DNA from: Candidatus Poribacteria bacterium | GTDB lineage: Bacteria > Poribacteria > WGA-4E > PCPOR2b | DNA: 64,000 nt | NCBI GenBank assembly: GCA_965218095.1 | Contig: OZ244587.1 | Location: forward strand, 224,001-288,000 | Direction: 5' to 3' | In this document: positions 54,758 through 64,000 of the stretch, one piece after another | Layout: each line of letters starts with the position of its first letter | Numbering within the stretch: the stretch's first letter is position 1 | Notes under the pieces: model-generated | Seen by the model: the letters and a program-made list of their open reading frames with translations, nothing else | Told to the model about the DNA's origin: nothing | The model's database searches: none | Made by a program: the position numbers and the translations under genes

Positions 54758-55063
54758 ATGCCACGCATACATGACCGCGGCGGATGGCCTGACGCTGGTC
54801 CCATCAATACAACTGAGCATGAACTTTCGATGTGGGAGAAAAATTTGATGGGCGTTCTCGCTGTATGCCCTTCTTATTTTAATGGAGATGAGTTCCGTCG
54901 GGCAATCGAGAACATCGATTCGAACAGATACGAGCGGTTGAGTTACTTCGAGCGATGGGGCGTCGCGCTTGAGACCCTCCTGATCCAGAAAGGTGTACTG
55001 ACGCTTGAGGAAATTGATCAGAAGATGGAGGCGTTAGAAGAATCTAATCTTTCAAAGGTTTAA
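54758..55063 (+). CDS. Nitrile hydratase beta N-terminal / thiocyanate hydrolase beta-like subunit
   Basis: HDRGG, DEFRRAIE, LSYFERW, LLIQKGVLTLEEI. Confidence 0.85.
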   Translation: MPRIHDRGGWPDAGPINTTEHELSMWEKNLMGVLAVCPSYFNGDEFRRAIENIDSNRYERLSYFERWGVALETLLIQKGVLTLEEIDQKMEALEESNLSKV

Positions 55064-55128
55064 ACTTTGCGAAGGTTTCAAACCGATCTTTAATCGGGGT
55101 TGGACGAATGCCGGTCAAGGAGACCACA

Positions 55129-55626
55129 ATGGCTGCAAAATTCAAGATCGGGGACAGCATCCGGGTTCGGATACGCGTTGCCTCCGGACACTGCCGGACG
55201 CCTGCATACATTCAGGGCAAAATTGGCTCAGTTGAGGCGATTCACGGTACGTTCCCGAATCCGGAATTGCGTGCGTACGGCAGCGATGGTTCGCCGGCGC
55301 AGGTGCTTTATCTGGTCAGTTTAGATCAACCCCACACCTGGAAGGAACCGATTGAGCTTGTCACTGAAGCGGTGCATGAACGCACATTACAAGAGGAGGT
55401 GGAAAAAATGCGACAAACAGGTGCGGAATGGTTGATGCAACGCGGCCAAAAACGAGGTGAACTGCAAGCGAAACGAAAGATTTTATTGGATTTGATGACC
55501 ACGAAATTCGGCGCCGTTCCTCCCGCCGTTACCGCAAAATCAGAGCGACTCGCAGCACAGGGGGCGCTTAGGCGCTCTGCTGAAGAAGGGGTATACCGCC
55601 AACACCATCAAGGAAATCGGGATTGA
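55129..55626 (+). pseudogene. NHase beta C-terminal SH3-like subunit truncated and fused to an Rpn/DUF4351-like tail
   Basis: FKIGDSIRV..GHCRTPAYIQGKIG..PELRAYG..LYLV then MRQTGAEWLMQRGQKRGELQAKR..KFG. Confidence 0.7.
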
Positions 55627-55635
55627 AGAGGCGTC

Positions 55636-56358
55636 ATGATGCTAGTAGAGGGCCAAAAAAAAACGGCTGCCTTCTTCGATGTTGATGGCACGATCGTGAG
55701 CACGACCATTGTCCATTACTATGTCCGGTTTCGTTCCCTTCTGCTTCCTTCTCTCTTACATCCCTTCTGGCTAGCCTGGTTCGCGCTGAAAGTTATCTAC
55801 TATTTTTTCCTGGATAAGGTGAGCCGTACACGATTCAACCGGGTTTTCTACCGCAACTATCGAGGGCTGAAGACCGCACGCGTCAAACAGCTTGCGCATG
55901 AGCAATTCAGTGTTTATGTTCGCCCAAAAATTTTTCCTGCCGCATTAGATTGCATCCGTGAATACCAAAATCGGGGAGATCTGATTGTGCTTGTCACCGG
56001 ATCACTCGATTTTATCATCCAACCCCTTGCCGATTATCTCCAGGCTGATCACGCCTTGACCGTGCGCCTTGATGAAGCAAATGGAAAATTTACAGGCGAA
56101 TTGACAACACCGCCGTTGGGTGCACAAGAAAAGGCTCGTGCAATCAAGGATTTTGCTGAACGGCACAGGATTGACCTCACCGCAAGCTACGCCTACGGCG
56201 ATAGCCGCGCAGATTTGCCAATGCTGCAATCCGTTGGCAATCCCGTTGTCGTCAATCCGGCCAAAGCGTTGCGACAGGTTGCTACAGAATCTGGGTGGGA
56301 AATCCAAGAGTGGACGCATCATAAAGGAAGAAAATCAGGAAATCAGGAAATTGGGTAA
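55636..56358 (+). CDS. HAD-IB family hydrolase (SerB1-like phosphatase)
   Basis: FFDVDGT, VTGS, GAQEKA, YAYGDSRADLPML, VVNP. Confidence 0.92.
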   Translation: MMLVEGQKKTAAFFDVDGTIVSTTIVHYYVRFRSLLLPSLLHPFWLAWFALKVIYYFFLDKVSRTRFNRVFYRNYRGLKTARVKQLAHEQFSVYVRPKIFPAALDCIREYQNRGDLIVLVTGSLDFIIQPLADYLQADHALTVRLDEANGKFTGELTTPPLGAQEKARAIKDFAERHRIDLTASYAYGDSRADLPMLQSVGNPVVVNPAKALRQVATESGWEIQEWTHHKGRKSGNQEIG

Positions 56359-56407
56359 ATGGGTTCATTTACCCAATTTCCTGTATCTTTGTGCATTTGG
56401 AGGAACT

Positions 56408-56620
56408 ATGAAAGTCACTCGCTATTTTGAGTCTCACGAGGAACCGAATGACACGATGTTTGTCGAAATCGATAATTGGTACCGTTTTACCGGTCGCGGC
56501 GCCAATTGGGGAAAATTTCGAGAACACCTTATCAAGGTTATCAAGGACACTATCTCTGATGAACTCGCTGACGAATTTGGAAAAGAGACCGAGGATTGGG
56601 TGCTGACTCCTGAAATCTGA
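56408..56620 (+). CDS. Small hypothetical protein (70 aa)
   Basis: GGAGG SD before ATG 56408 (MKVTRYFESHEEP...). Confidence 0.7.
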   Translation: MKVTRYFESHEEPNDTMFVEIDNWYRFTGRGANWGKFREHLIKVIKDTISDELADEFGKETEDWVLTPEI

Positions 56621-56631
56621 AAGGATCGCAA

Positions 56632-57663
56632 GTGGACAAAACTTTCATATTCGACAAAGCCAAGATTCGCGCCCAGTTAGATCAGTTTATCAATTACGCC
56701 CAGGCGATGAAAGAACCAAAAGACCTCGCGAAGGCGATCCAAGCCTGGGATACCGTTGTGTCTGTTGCCTCTACCCCCACTGTACTCGCTCAAGCCAACT
56801 TCCAGCTTGGGCGAATCTACCGGGAGTGGGATGAGTTGTTCACAGCCCAAAGGTTCCTTGGGAAAGCGCATCAATTAGAGCCCGCTGATCAGACAATCCG
56901 GTCGGAATTAGAAGCCCTCAATCGCCATATTGCTGACAATCAAGCGGAGGTCTTTGATGAAAGGGTTCGGAAAAACAGCGACTCAATCGTCTCGCTCTTC
57001 CGAATTGCCACAGGGCTCAAGCTGCTTCAGATGAACAAAGCGGTGCAAGCCTATCCTTTAATGAAAAGCCGCACCAAAATTTATCCGAATGCGGCGGTCG
57101 CCAAGCACCTTCTCACCGACATCATTATCACAGATGATGAAAAGAATTCTGCCATTGAGTTTCTGGAGGCGGGGGGATGGTTGGCAAATACACAGCATGA
57201 GTTGTACGCCATCACCGATAGCGGGTTGTATATGTTTTATACGGAGTTAGCCAAACTGCACGTTGCCAATGAAGCCTATGACGAGGCGGCTGCCTGCTAT
57301 GAGCAAGCGTATTGGCTCGATGATTCGTCAGCAGGTCTGCTGTATCACAAGGTGATTTGCGATGCGAAGTCCCAAGCGTGGGAAGTTGGATTGGCGCTTC
57401 TCGGTTGGCTCTCCGATGAACTGCCAGAAGGCATCGATCCGATGGAATACAACAGCGCTGCTGCAACAATCTGCGGCGTCGCTTATCAATCTACGCGGGA
57501 TAAAACGATCGGACTGCGCGCCGTCACGGCGTGCGAAGTGGTATTAGCGACTGACAAAAGGCATAGAGAAGTTTCAAATCTTCTAAAATCCTTGCGATCC
57601 GAAAAATCCCTCCAGGCAGACCTGCCAGCCGCCAAGACGAAAAGACGATGGTGGCGTCGGTAA
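56632..57663 (+). CDS. TPR-like helical repeat protein
   Basis: ANFQLGRIY..AQRFLGKAHQLEP and YTELAKLH..YDEAAACYEQAY patterns. Confidence 0.75.
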   Translation: MDKTFIFDKAKIRAQLDQFINYAQAMKEPKDLAKAIQAWDTVVSVASTPTVLAQANFQLGRIYREWDELFTAQRFLGKAHQLEPADQTIRSELEALNRHIADNQAEVFDERVRKNSDSIVSLFRIATGLKLLQMNKAVQAYPLMKSRTKIYPNAAVAKHLLTDIIITDDEKNSAIEFLEAGGWLANTQHELYAITDSGLYMFYTELAKLHVANEAYDEAAACYEQAYWLDDSSAGLLYHKVICDAKSQAWEVGLALLGWLSDELPEGIDPMEYNSAAATICGVAYQSTRDKTIGLRAVTACEVVLATDKRHREVSNLLKSLRSEKSLQADLPAAKTKRRWWRR

Positions 57664-57790
57664 AGCGCGGTACTACTGGGATGCTTTTCAGAGTATTCCA
57701 AGCAGATGTATAGAAATCCCCACATTTGAAAAAGTTGTTGAATTTTGGCGCGAAAAGTGTCTACAGTCTCTGGGAAACCAAATAAGCCCT

Positions 57791-58015
57791 GTGGACTTTG
57801 AAGTGATTGTTGTGGACAGTTCCAAAGATGGGACTGCCAGGATCGTGGCACAGCAGTTTCCAAACGTCAAGCTGTACGCATTTTCAGAACGCAAATTCCC
57901 AGGGGATACCCGTAACTTCGGGATTTCACAGGCAAAGGGTGAAATCCTGGCATTTACTGACGCAGATTGTATCATCGATCAGAATTGGGTCAATGAAATC
58001 TTATCGATATTTTAG
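57791..58015 (+). pseudogene. Glycosyltransferase family 2 fragment
   Basis: FEVIVVDSS.DGT, RNFGI..AKGEILAFTDAD; truncated. Confidence 0.75.
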
Positions 58016-58067
58016 TTCCTGAATGTTAAGCGATTCATGCTCCGGCAGACGCCATTTGTTCGTGCGA

Positions 58068-58736
58068 TTAAATCTGCCACTGCTCTCGGTTGTACGACAT
58101 CTCCCAGAAGAGGTATTCGTAGCGACTGCTCGTCAGAAAATAATTTGCCAATCGCTGTTTCTCGGCGTCGGGACTTTCTGCCGTTAGACGATTCAGGAGG
58201 TCTCGCAACCACCCTCCCAATGCGCTAAACTCATCGGAGGAATACATCTCGATCCACTCCTGATAGAGCGGTTCAGGGGACTTCCCCCATTTTGCCAAAT
58301 GGGTGGCGACTTCCCAATATCCCCACTGACACGGCAACACGCCTGCAACGAGATCAGCGAGCGTGCCAACCTGCGCGACATGTAGGAGATGTCGTGTGTA
58401 AGCGTGTGTTGTTGGAGCCATTGGCGTGGCCTCCATCTCGGCCGGAGAGATGCCAAATTTTTGGCTGTACCCGCGATGCAGATCCATTTCGGTGTTCAGC
58501 GTTTCGTTCAAGAGTTGGGCAAACTTCGCCATCGTTGCTTCATCCGGCGACTTAATCGCGCCATAAGCAAAGACTTTGCTGTAATCCAGCAAGAAGAGAT
58601 AGTCCTGGCAGAGATAGTATTTGAACTTATCCTTCGGTAGGCTTCCGTCCGCGATGCCAAGCACAAACGGGTGTTTGAGTTTCGCCTCCCAGATCGAGGC
58701 GGCTTTCGATCTAAGCGCATCGGTGAAATCTTTCAA
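58068..58736 (-). CDS. tenA: Thiaminase II
   Basis: HPFV.GIADGSL, YLCQDYLFL, LPCQWGY (catalytic Cys), YQEWIEMY, YEYLFWEM. Confidence 0.93.
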   Translation of the reverse strand: MKDFTDALRSKAASIWEAKLKHPFVLGIADGSLPKDKFKYYLCQDYLFLLDYSKVFAYGAIKSPDEATMAKFAQLLNETLNTEMDLHRGYSQKFGISPAEMEATPMAPTTHAYTRHLLHVAQVGTLADLVAGVLPCQWGYWEVATHLAKWGKSPEPLYQEWIEMYSSDEFSALGGWLRDLLNRLTAESPDAEKQRLANYFLTSSRYEYLFWEMSYNREQWQI

Positions 58737-58813
58737 ATTTTCTCAACCTCCTAAACATGATGCGTGAAACGTGAAGAATGTTGTGTATAGTAAACAACAA
58801 TATGGAACAGGTG

Positions 58814-59452
58814 ATGAAATTAAAAATACTCAAACTCTTCAAAGGTTCAAAACAGGAGATAGCAACCTCGGCGGTTCATGATGAGACACAACTCATTAAA
58901 CAGCCCGAACCCTTTGATCCAAATTGGCCCCGATACTACCCGAAGCTCCCTTTTCCTCCTTACCGCCATGTGCCGGGGGTAACGCCGCACCCGATCAGAG
59001 ATCCGCAGGGACATAGCTACGGACTAGAGGGAGATGACATGCCGGTTTCCTTGCCGGAAGATTGGCGTCAAACCAAGGACTACTTGTACGGTGTTGATCT
59101 CTACAATTTTGCCTATTGGTGGGAAGCCCACGAAGCGTGGGAGGGACTATGGAATAAAACGGAGGATGATTGTCGAATGTTCCTGCAAGGGTTGATTCAG
59201 ATTTCGGCTTCGATGATCAAATACCATATGCGGATGCTTCGTGCCATCCGAAGCCTTTCAACTGCTGGGCGTGATAAGGTGCACCAGGTACTGCATAACC
59301 TCGATGACCCAACGGGAATGTACATGGGGATAAACCTCAATGAGTTTCTCACCTGTGTTGATATGTTCTTTGAGCGATTCTTTTGCGATACAGTTTCGGA
59401 GCAAACTTATTCTCGCGTGACGATTAAACCTCTCATTCGCCTGCATTTTTAG
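58814..59452 (+). CDS. DUF309-family protein
   Basis: GVDLYNFAYWWEAHEAWEGLW...LQGLIQ. Confidence 0.85.
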   Translation: MKLKILKLFKGSKQEIATSAVHDETQLIKQPEPFDPNWPRYYPKLPFPPYRHVPGVTPHPIRDPQGHSYGLEGDDMPVSLPEDWRQTKDYLYGVDLYNFAYWWEAHEAWEGLWNKTEDDCRMFLQGLIQISASMIKYHMRMLRAIRSLSTAGRDKVHQVLHNLDDPTGMYMGINLNEFLTCVDMFFERFFCDTVSEQTYSRVTIKPLIRLHF

Positions 59453-59483
59453 GACGCGCTATCCTGCCCGATAACCATACAAA

Positions 59484-59774
59484 ATGGAAATTGTACCGTT
59501 CTTGCTCTTCGTTCTATGCTGTTTTGTGATTGTGGGTCTAATCTGCGGGCTCTTCTACATCCTGGTACGTTTCGGGCAAGGTGAATCCGATGGATTGCGC
59601 TCCGTTCGCTGCCCACAGTGCCAAACCCAACGAAAACCCCGAAAAACCGGGGTTATCAGAAATCTTGTCGAAGAGGAGTTGCGATGTCCGGAGTGTGGCT
59701 TTATTTCGTGGGATATTCCGCCCAAAACAGACCTCTCAACTCGCCTAGTGGATAAAACGAGACGTGAAACGTGA
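59484..59774 (+). CDS. Small membrane-anchored zinc-ribbon protein
   Basis: N-terminal TM; CPQC and CPECG. Confidence 0.6.
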   Translation: MEIVPFLLFVLCCFVIVGLICGLFYILVRFGQGESDGLRSVRCPQCQTQRKPRKTGVIRNLVEEELRCPECGFISWDIPPKTDLSTRLVDKTRRET

Positions 59775-59786
59775 TATGTAATAACC

Positions 59787-59819
59787 AACCTTGCGAAGGT
59801 TTGAAACCTTCGCAAGGTT
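59787..59819. repeat. Perfect palindrome between convergent genes (REP-like, possible bidirectional terminator)
   Basis: AACCTTGCGAAGGTTT-G-AAACCTTCGCAAGGTT; degenerate relatives at 55049-55085. Confidence 0.75.
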
Positions 59820-59828
59820 CAGTTCTTT

Positions 59829-60890
59829 CTAAACCTCCCCGTCCCAATAGCTAACATTATCGTCCTTGCGAAAAATACGCTTGGCAACGTAGGGATAAAC
59901 TTTGTTGGCGTCGGGATATTCACTGACATCGTGGGGTATCACGGTTCCAACTGCGAGCAGCGTACACGGTGCATCTCCCATGTTGACAAACTTGTGGGTG
60001 CCCGCCTCCCCCGGTGGAAACGCGATGAAATCTCCCTCCGTAACAGTCAGATCGCCTCGCAGGGTTTTGAGGGTGCATTCCCCTTCCATGACATAGAACA
60101 TCTCTTCCCCAAAATGGTGCAAGTGCATTGGAAAACTCACCTTGTTGGGCTGTAAATAAATCAGCCGATAGCCCAAGCGTTGCGCACCAATGAGCGGGTC
60201 AATGTCCTTGTCTTCAAAATCGTAGGGTTCAGGGGCATTTCGTTTGACCCAATCGATTTCGTCAATGTTGATTCGATTGATGTAAATGTCCGTCCGCCGT
60301 TGCAGGCATTCCACCAACCTTTGGCGAGCATCTTGGAGGATTGAGTGTCCGTCTCCGACAAGAATTGCATCGAATGGCAACGCGAGGATCTTGCGAAGTT
60401 CCAACGCCGCCTTCGGTGGATCTGCCAACTTCTCATCCGCCAGCAGCATCAATAATCCAATTGGTTCGCCAACGACAAGATCTCCTGACAGCACCGCACG
60501 CTTTTCAGGAAAGTGGAGCGCGATTTCTCCCGGGCTTTTTCCGTAACACAGGTGGATTGCCTGCAACCCCGGCACGATTTCCTCCTCGTCGGCGATTCGA
60601 CGGTCTGCCGGAATTTCTAACCCATCCGCATCCGCCTCATGGATGACAATCTTTGCCCCTGTGCGCTTGCGAAAGGATTCAGCCTCCCGTTCATGGTCCC
60701 GATTGGTGATCACGATCAGCGCAGCCCCACCAAGTTTGTCGAATTGATCCAGATCCGAATCGATCATCGGCACAGGGTCTATGAGAATGTTACCTTCAGG
60801 GCGAACCCATAAATGTCCGTTGAAGTCAATCTGACGCATCTCGCTAAAAATCGACCAACTGTAGATGTCATTGAAGATAAGTCGTTTCAT
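59829..60890 (-). CDS. Metallo-beta-lactamase-fold domain fused to a cupin domain
   Basis: ILIDP, ITNRDHER, SGDL, VGDG (degenerate MBL); HLHHFGEEMFYVMEG...GTHKF (cupin). Confidence 0.85.
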   Translation of the reverse strand: MKRLIFNDIYSWSIFSEMRQIDFNGHLWVRPEGNILIDPVPMIDSDLDQFDKLGGAALIVITNRDHEREAESFRKRTGAKIVIHEADADGLEIPADRRIADEEEIVPGLQAIHLCYGKSPGEIALHFPEKRAVLSGDLVVGEPIGLLMLLADEKLADPPKAALELRKILALPFDAILVGDGHSILQDARQRLVECLQRRTDIYINRINIDEIDWVKRNAPEPYDFEDKDIDPLIGAQRLGYRLIYLQPNKVSFPMHLHHFGEEMFYVMEGECTLKTLRGDLTVTEGDFIAFPPGEAGTHKFVNMGDAPCTLLAVGTVIPHDVSEYPDANKVYPYVAKRIFRKDDNVSYWDGEV

Positions 60891-61063
60891 TGTCATACCC
60901 TTTTGCAATTGAAGTGAGAGGCATGAAAAGCAATGCGCAAAACGTGAGTTCAAGAGTCCAAGTACTCAGGCGTTCAATGAACCCATCAACACCTGAACGA
61001 GTGAACTTCTTTGTCCGTTGCTGCTTTTCCTTCGTTTGTCGATTCGCAAATTCGCCCATTCGT

Positions 61064-63235
61064 CTACTGCCCAATTTCCACAATCCATCCTTTCGTCTTG
61101 GCAGGTTTGTACTCCCCGCCGCGCAGATATTCCGAGGTATGCCATAAGCACAGACGTTTTCCATCAGGCAGCCATGTGACGGAGGTCAAATTGATTGTCG
61201 TCCGCGCAATTGACAGGGCGCGATTTGTTTGCAGATCCAGAACCCACACCTTCCATCGCAGTCCCATGCAATCCTCCCGCTCCATGTATGCAAGCCGATT
61301 TCCTTTCGGCGACCACGCGGGTGAGGTATGTTTGAGAATTTGCGCTTGGTTTGGGGCGTCCACAGAGATAACATGGAGTTGTTTATCGAGCGTCTCATCA
61401 GGTCTGGGATTTCCCCGGAGGACATAAGCCAGTTGTGAGCCATCAGCCGACCATATAATCTGCTTTACGCGCTGAGACTGTGTTGGGATTTCCTCTAATT
61501 TTGTGCCATCAATATGATGAATGTGAATGCGGGAATGCCCTGATTTGTAGTGCTGATGGTCCAGGCCGATCGCGATATGCTGCCCATCAGGGGACCATGA
61601 TGGCGGGTCCAGATAACTGAACGATCCAACTCGTCCATTGATAGGAATCCGTGCAATCGGTGTCAGACTCGTTTGGTCAATGTTAATCCGATAAACAATG
61701 TCAACCCCTTCTTCCCAGCGTCTAAACGCAATTTGATTCGCTGTCGGCGACCATGCGGGCGCGTCTCCCTGCACCAGCTTAATCAAACGCAAAGTCTTCC
61801 AATCAATAGCCCACACATAGCTTTCATTTGACTCGTCGTAAGCCTCAAAAGCGATAAAGTTACTATCGAGCGACCACGATAGATGCGGATTATAAAAGAG
61901 CCCCTTGTGAAGTTTCCGAAACTGCTTTGCGCGACCATCCGCCATCCAGAGCTCGTTTGCTCGCCAATACTGTCCAGAAAGGTTGGTTCGCTTCAAAAAC
62001 GCAATCGTTTTGCCGTTGGGGGACCAGTGAGGATATTCCGCTCCTTCAATCAGCGTCAATGTCTGGTTGTTCGCGCAGATTGCAGTGTTGAACTGGATGT
62101 CATCCGTTTTTACGAACACACCAATCCCAAACCCATCGATCCAACCCACCTCACCGTTTGGGAGCTCAACCTGATACCATCCCTCCGTTTGGTTCAGAAT
62201 CGGGAGTTCCACGCCATCGTTGAGTGTCAGTCTGACAGCAGATTCCCGATCTTTACCCGTATAAACGGGAACTTGATCTCGCACGACCGTTCCGATTAGA
62301 TGTTCGTCCTGCTGGGCTTGGGGCGGCTCAGTATCTTGATTGGTAAAGGCGTACACATACCCATCATACGATGTCACGTAAAGCACCCCATCCGAGATAG
62401 CTGGGGCAGAATCGATAAAGCCTTTCGTTTTGTAAGACCAGATCTCCTTTTGGGACTCGATGTCTAAGGCATGGATTTGACTATCCCGTGCACCGATGTA
62501 CACTACGCCGTTGGCGGTTGCGGGGTAACTATAAGTATAGGGTGTATGGCTTCTCCAAAGATCGACCTGATGTTGCGGTTCGATGGGGCGCAACTGCCCT
62601 TGCGAACAACCGTATTCAACCCCGTTGATACGCACCCGTCCCTTTGGCTGCGATTCCAGTTCGCCTGTCATCGCATTGATAACATGGATCTTCTGGGTAT
62701 ACGCTCCGATATAAAGTCTTCCGTTCGATAGAACCGGAGGGGAATCCATCCATGTCCCCGACTCAAAATCCCAGAGCTGCTCACCGGTTGCAGCATCAAG
62801 TGCGTACACACGATTGTCTCGTGCACTGAAATAGACGCGATTATTCCAGACGGTTGGCGCATATTGAATCGCCCCGCCGGCTTTGAAGTTCCATTTGAGT
62901 CCCCACTGCTTTGCGTCGAGGGCGTATAGGACGTGGTCAGTCGATCCAACGTATACCACGCCGTTGGCGACGGCAGGGCTCGCTTGGATCTGTCCTCCTG
63001 TCTTGTATTTCCAAAGCAGCTTGAGCGGCGGTTTAAGGGTCTGATCTGGGCTCTTGCCTGAGAAGTGCAGGTCATACATGAACATGGGCCAATCCTCAGG
63101 GTGGGTGGGAGAAGCGGTAACACGCTGTTGATTTTCGGGCTGGTTTTCAGTTCCGGAAGATTGTGGCGTATCCTGGGATTGGCATCCCCATAGCAGGAAG
63201 GAACTCATGAAAAACAGAACAACCGTTCGATTCAT
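61064..63235 (-). CDS. Lipoprotein with PQQ-like propeller, SH3-like domain and TolB/PD40 propeller
   Basis: LWGC lipobox; SPAVANGVVYVGS..LYALDA repeats; GWYQVELPNGEVGWI; PxWSPxG repeats. Confidence 0.88.
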   Translation of the reverse strand: MNRTVVLFFMSSFLLWGCQSQDTPQSSGTENQPENQQRVTASPTHPEDWPMFMYDLHFSGKSPDQTLKPPLKLLWKYKTGGQIQASPAVANGVVYVGSTDHVLYALDAKQWGLKWNFKAGGAIQYAPTVWNNRVYFSARDNRVYALDAATGEQLWDFESGTWMDSPPVLSNGRLYIGAYTQKIHVINAMTGELESQPKGRVRINGVEYGCSQGQLRPIEPQHQVDLWRSHTPYTYSYPATANGVVYIGARDSQIHALDIESQKEIWSYKTKGFIDSAPAISDGVLYVTSYDGYVYAFTNQDTEPPQAQQDEHLIGTVVRDQVPVYTGKDRESAVRLTLNDGVELPILNQTEGWYQVELPNGEVGWIDGFGIGVFVKTDDIQFNTAICANNQTLTLIEGAEYPHWSPNGKTIAFLKRTNLSGQYWRANELWMADGRAKQFRKLHKGLFYNPHLSWSLDSNFIAFEAYDESNESYVWAIDWKTLRLIKLVQGDAPAWSPTANQIAFRRWEEGVDIVYRINIDQTSLTPIARIPINGRVGSFSYLDPPSWSPDGQHIAIGLDHQHYKSGHSRIHIHHIDGTKLEEIPTQSQRVKQIIWSADGSQLAYVLRGNPRPDETLDKQLHVISVDAPNQAQILKHTSPAWSPKGNRLAYMEREDCMGLRWKVWVLDLQTNRALSIARTTINLTSVTWLPDGKRLCLWHTSEYLRGGEYKPAKTKGWIVEIGQ

Positions 63236-63557
63236 TGACGACCTCTTTCCATTTATCGTAGGAGTTGCGCACTTGGACAAAAAATAGGTTAATAGTGCAG
63301 AGTGGCGAGTGGCTGAGTGTATGTACTACACTGTTAATATCAGCCCTAATACCCTGTGCAGCTATCTTATCTACGTTTACCGCCCCAGAAATTTGTGAAG
63401 TCAGACCGCCAAAAAGGTCTAATATTATTTTATCTTTCAAGGCAAACCTACTCTTTGATTATCGACTCTAACATTTCGGTTTACCCTCGCGCGTTTGCCG
63501 GCGAAGTGCTGTGGTGGCGTCTTTATCTACTGCCCCTGCTTCATGCAATTTCGCCTC

Positions 63558-63660
63558 TCACGTATCGCAAAGCGCAACCAGTTCCATGCCAACAAACTTA
63601 GCACCCTGCGCAAATCCCATTCCGCGTCCGACCCCAACGACGCCAACGTGGATCTTATTT
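63558..63660 (-). pseudogene. Gfo/Idh/MocA oxidoreductase N-terminal remnant
   Basis: KIHVGVVGVGRG...MELVALCDT*. Confidence 0.6.
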
Positions 63661-63705
63661 TCGTTTGTTTTCTTTGTAGTGAGGTTGTCTCTGACTACGA
63701 CTTGG

Positions 63706-64000
63706 TCAATTTTGTGGGACGATTTCAGTCGATAAAACTTCGATGAGTTCATCTAAGTGGACATGTCGGAAAAACTCCGAAAGCCGCTTCTGCTTCGGTT
63801 TCATCGGGAGCAAGATGAAATCTGAGCAACGCCCCTGGATGGATTCAAACACCTTGCGATAGGCTTGGCTTGTGGCATATCCGACAACCAGAGCATAGTG
63901 GTCACCGTGCTTATCAAGATAGGCGTTGAACCGATCAACGGCTAGCTGTATCTGCGCCGTGTTTCTGGGAGACAACTGGAAATCATAGCGCACGACCGGT
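63706..64000 (-). CDS. Hypothetical protein, probably the 3' part of a gene starting beyond the window
   Basis: Open frame to the window edge; no recognised motif. Confidence 0.45.
   Translation of the reverse strand, partial: PVVRYDFQLSPRNTAQIQLAVDRFNAYLDKHGDHYALVVGYATSQAYRKVFESIQGRCSDFILLPMKPKQKRLSEFFRHVHLDELIEVLSTEIVPQN

Noticed and set aside
58737-58813. TPP riboswitch upstream of tenA
   Set aside because: The intergenic gap is too short and lacks the TGAGA/CCTGA-type core motifs
63290-63440. Methyltransferase-like or toxin-tip fragment (ILDLFGG)
   Set aside because: Only ~40 plausible codons; the ORF then runs into the lipoprotein gene region, so support is insufficient

Overview
Bacterial genomic window of moderate GC content. 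The gene repertoire (ECF sigma and BlaR1/M56 proteins fused to large extracellular domains, PQQ/TolB propellers, FlgD-like C-terminal domains) suggests Candidatus Poribacteria or a similar lineage, but this is inference only. Intact genes include fumC (5' end outside the window), a methyltransferase, an ECF sigma/beta-propeller fusion, a YtrA-type GntR/ABC operon, a BlaI/BlaR1-type pair, lexA, a 1479-aa FAR-ACS-ACP-acyltransferase (ElbD-like) with a HAD-IB phosphatase nearby, tenA and several hypotheticals. A large fraction of the window is decaying: alpha-2-macroglobulin, pbpC, hsdR/hsdS, RAYT, an SDR, a glyoxalase, a GNAT and a large secreted protein carry nonsense codons, frameshifts or internal deletions. 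There are three IS5-family copies, an IS982 and IS630 remnants, plus several families of REP-, MITE- and heptamer-type repeats, some nested and some inside ORFs. The main signals the ORF track does not explain are: (1) an ~803-nt ORF-less group II intron (43583-44385) whose predicted splicing restores an in-frame ORF downstream of a HEXXH toxin-like remnant; (2) a candidate ether-lipid synthase locus; (3) a UGA exactly at the alpha-2-macroglobulin thioester Cys followed by a SECIS-like hairpin (probably coincidental in a pseudogene). No rRNA, tRNA or CRISPR array was seen. All family calls are from motif recognition by eye; no searches were run.
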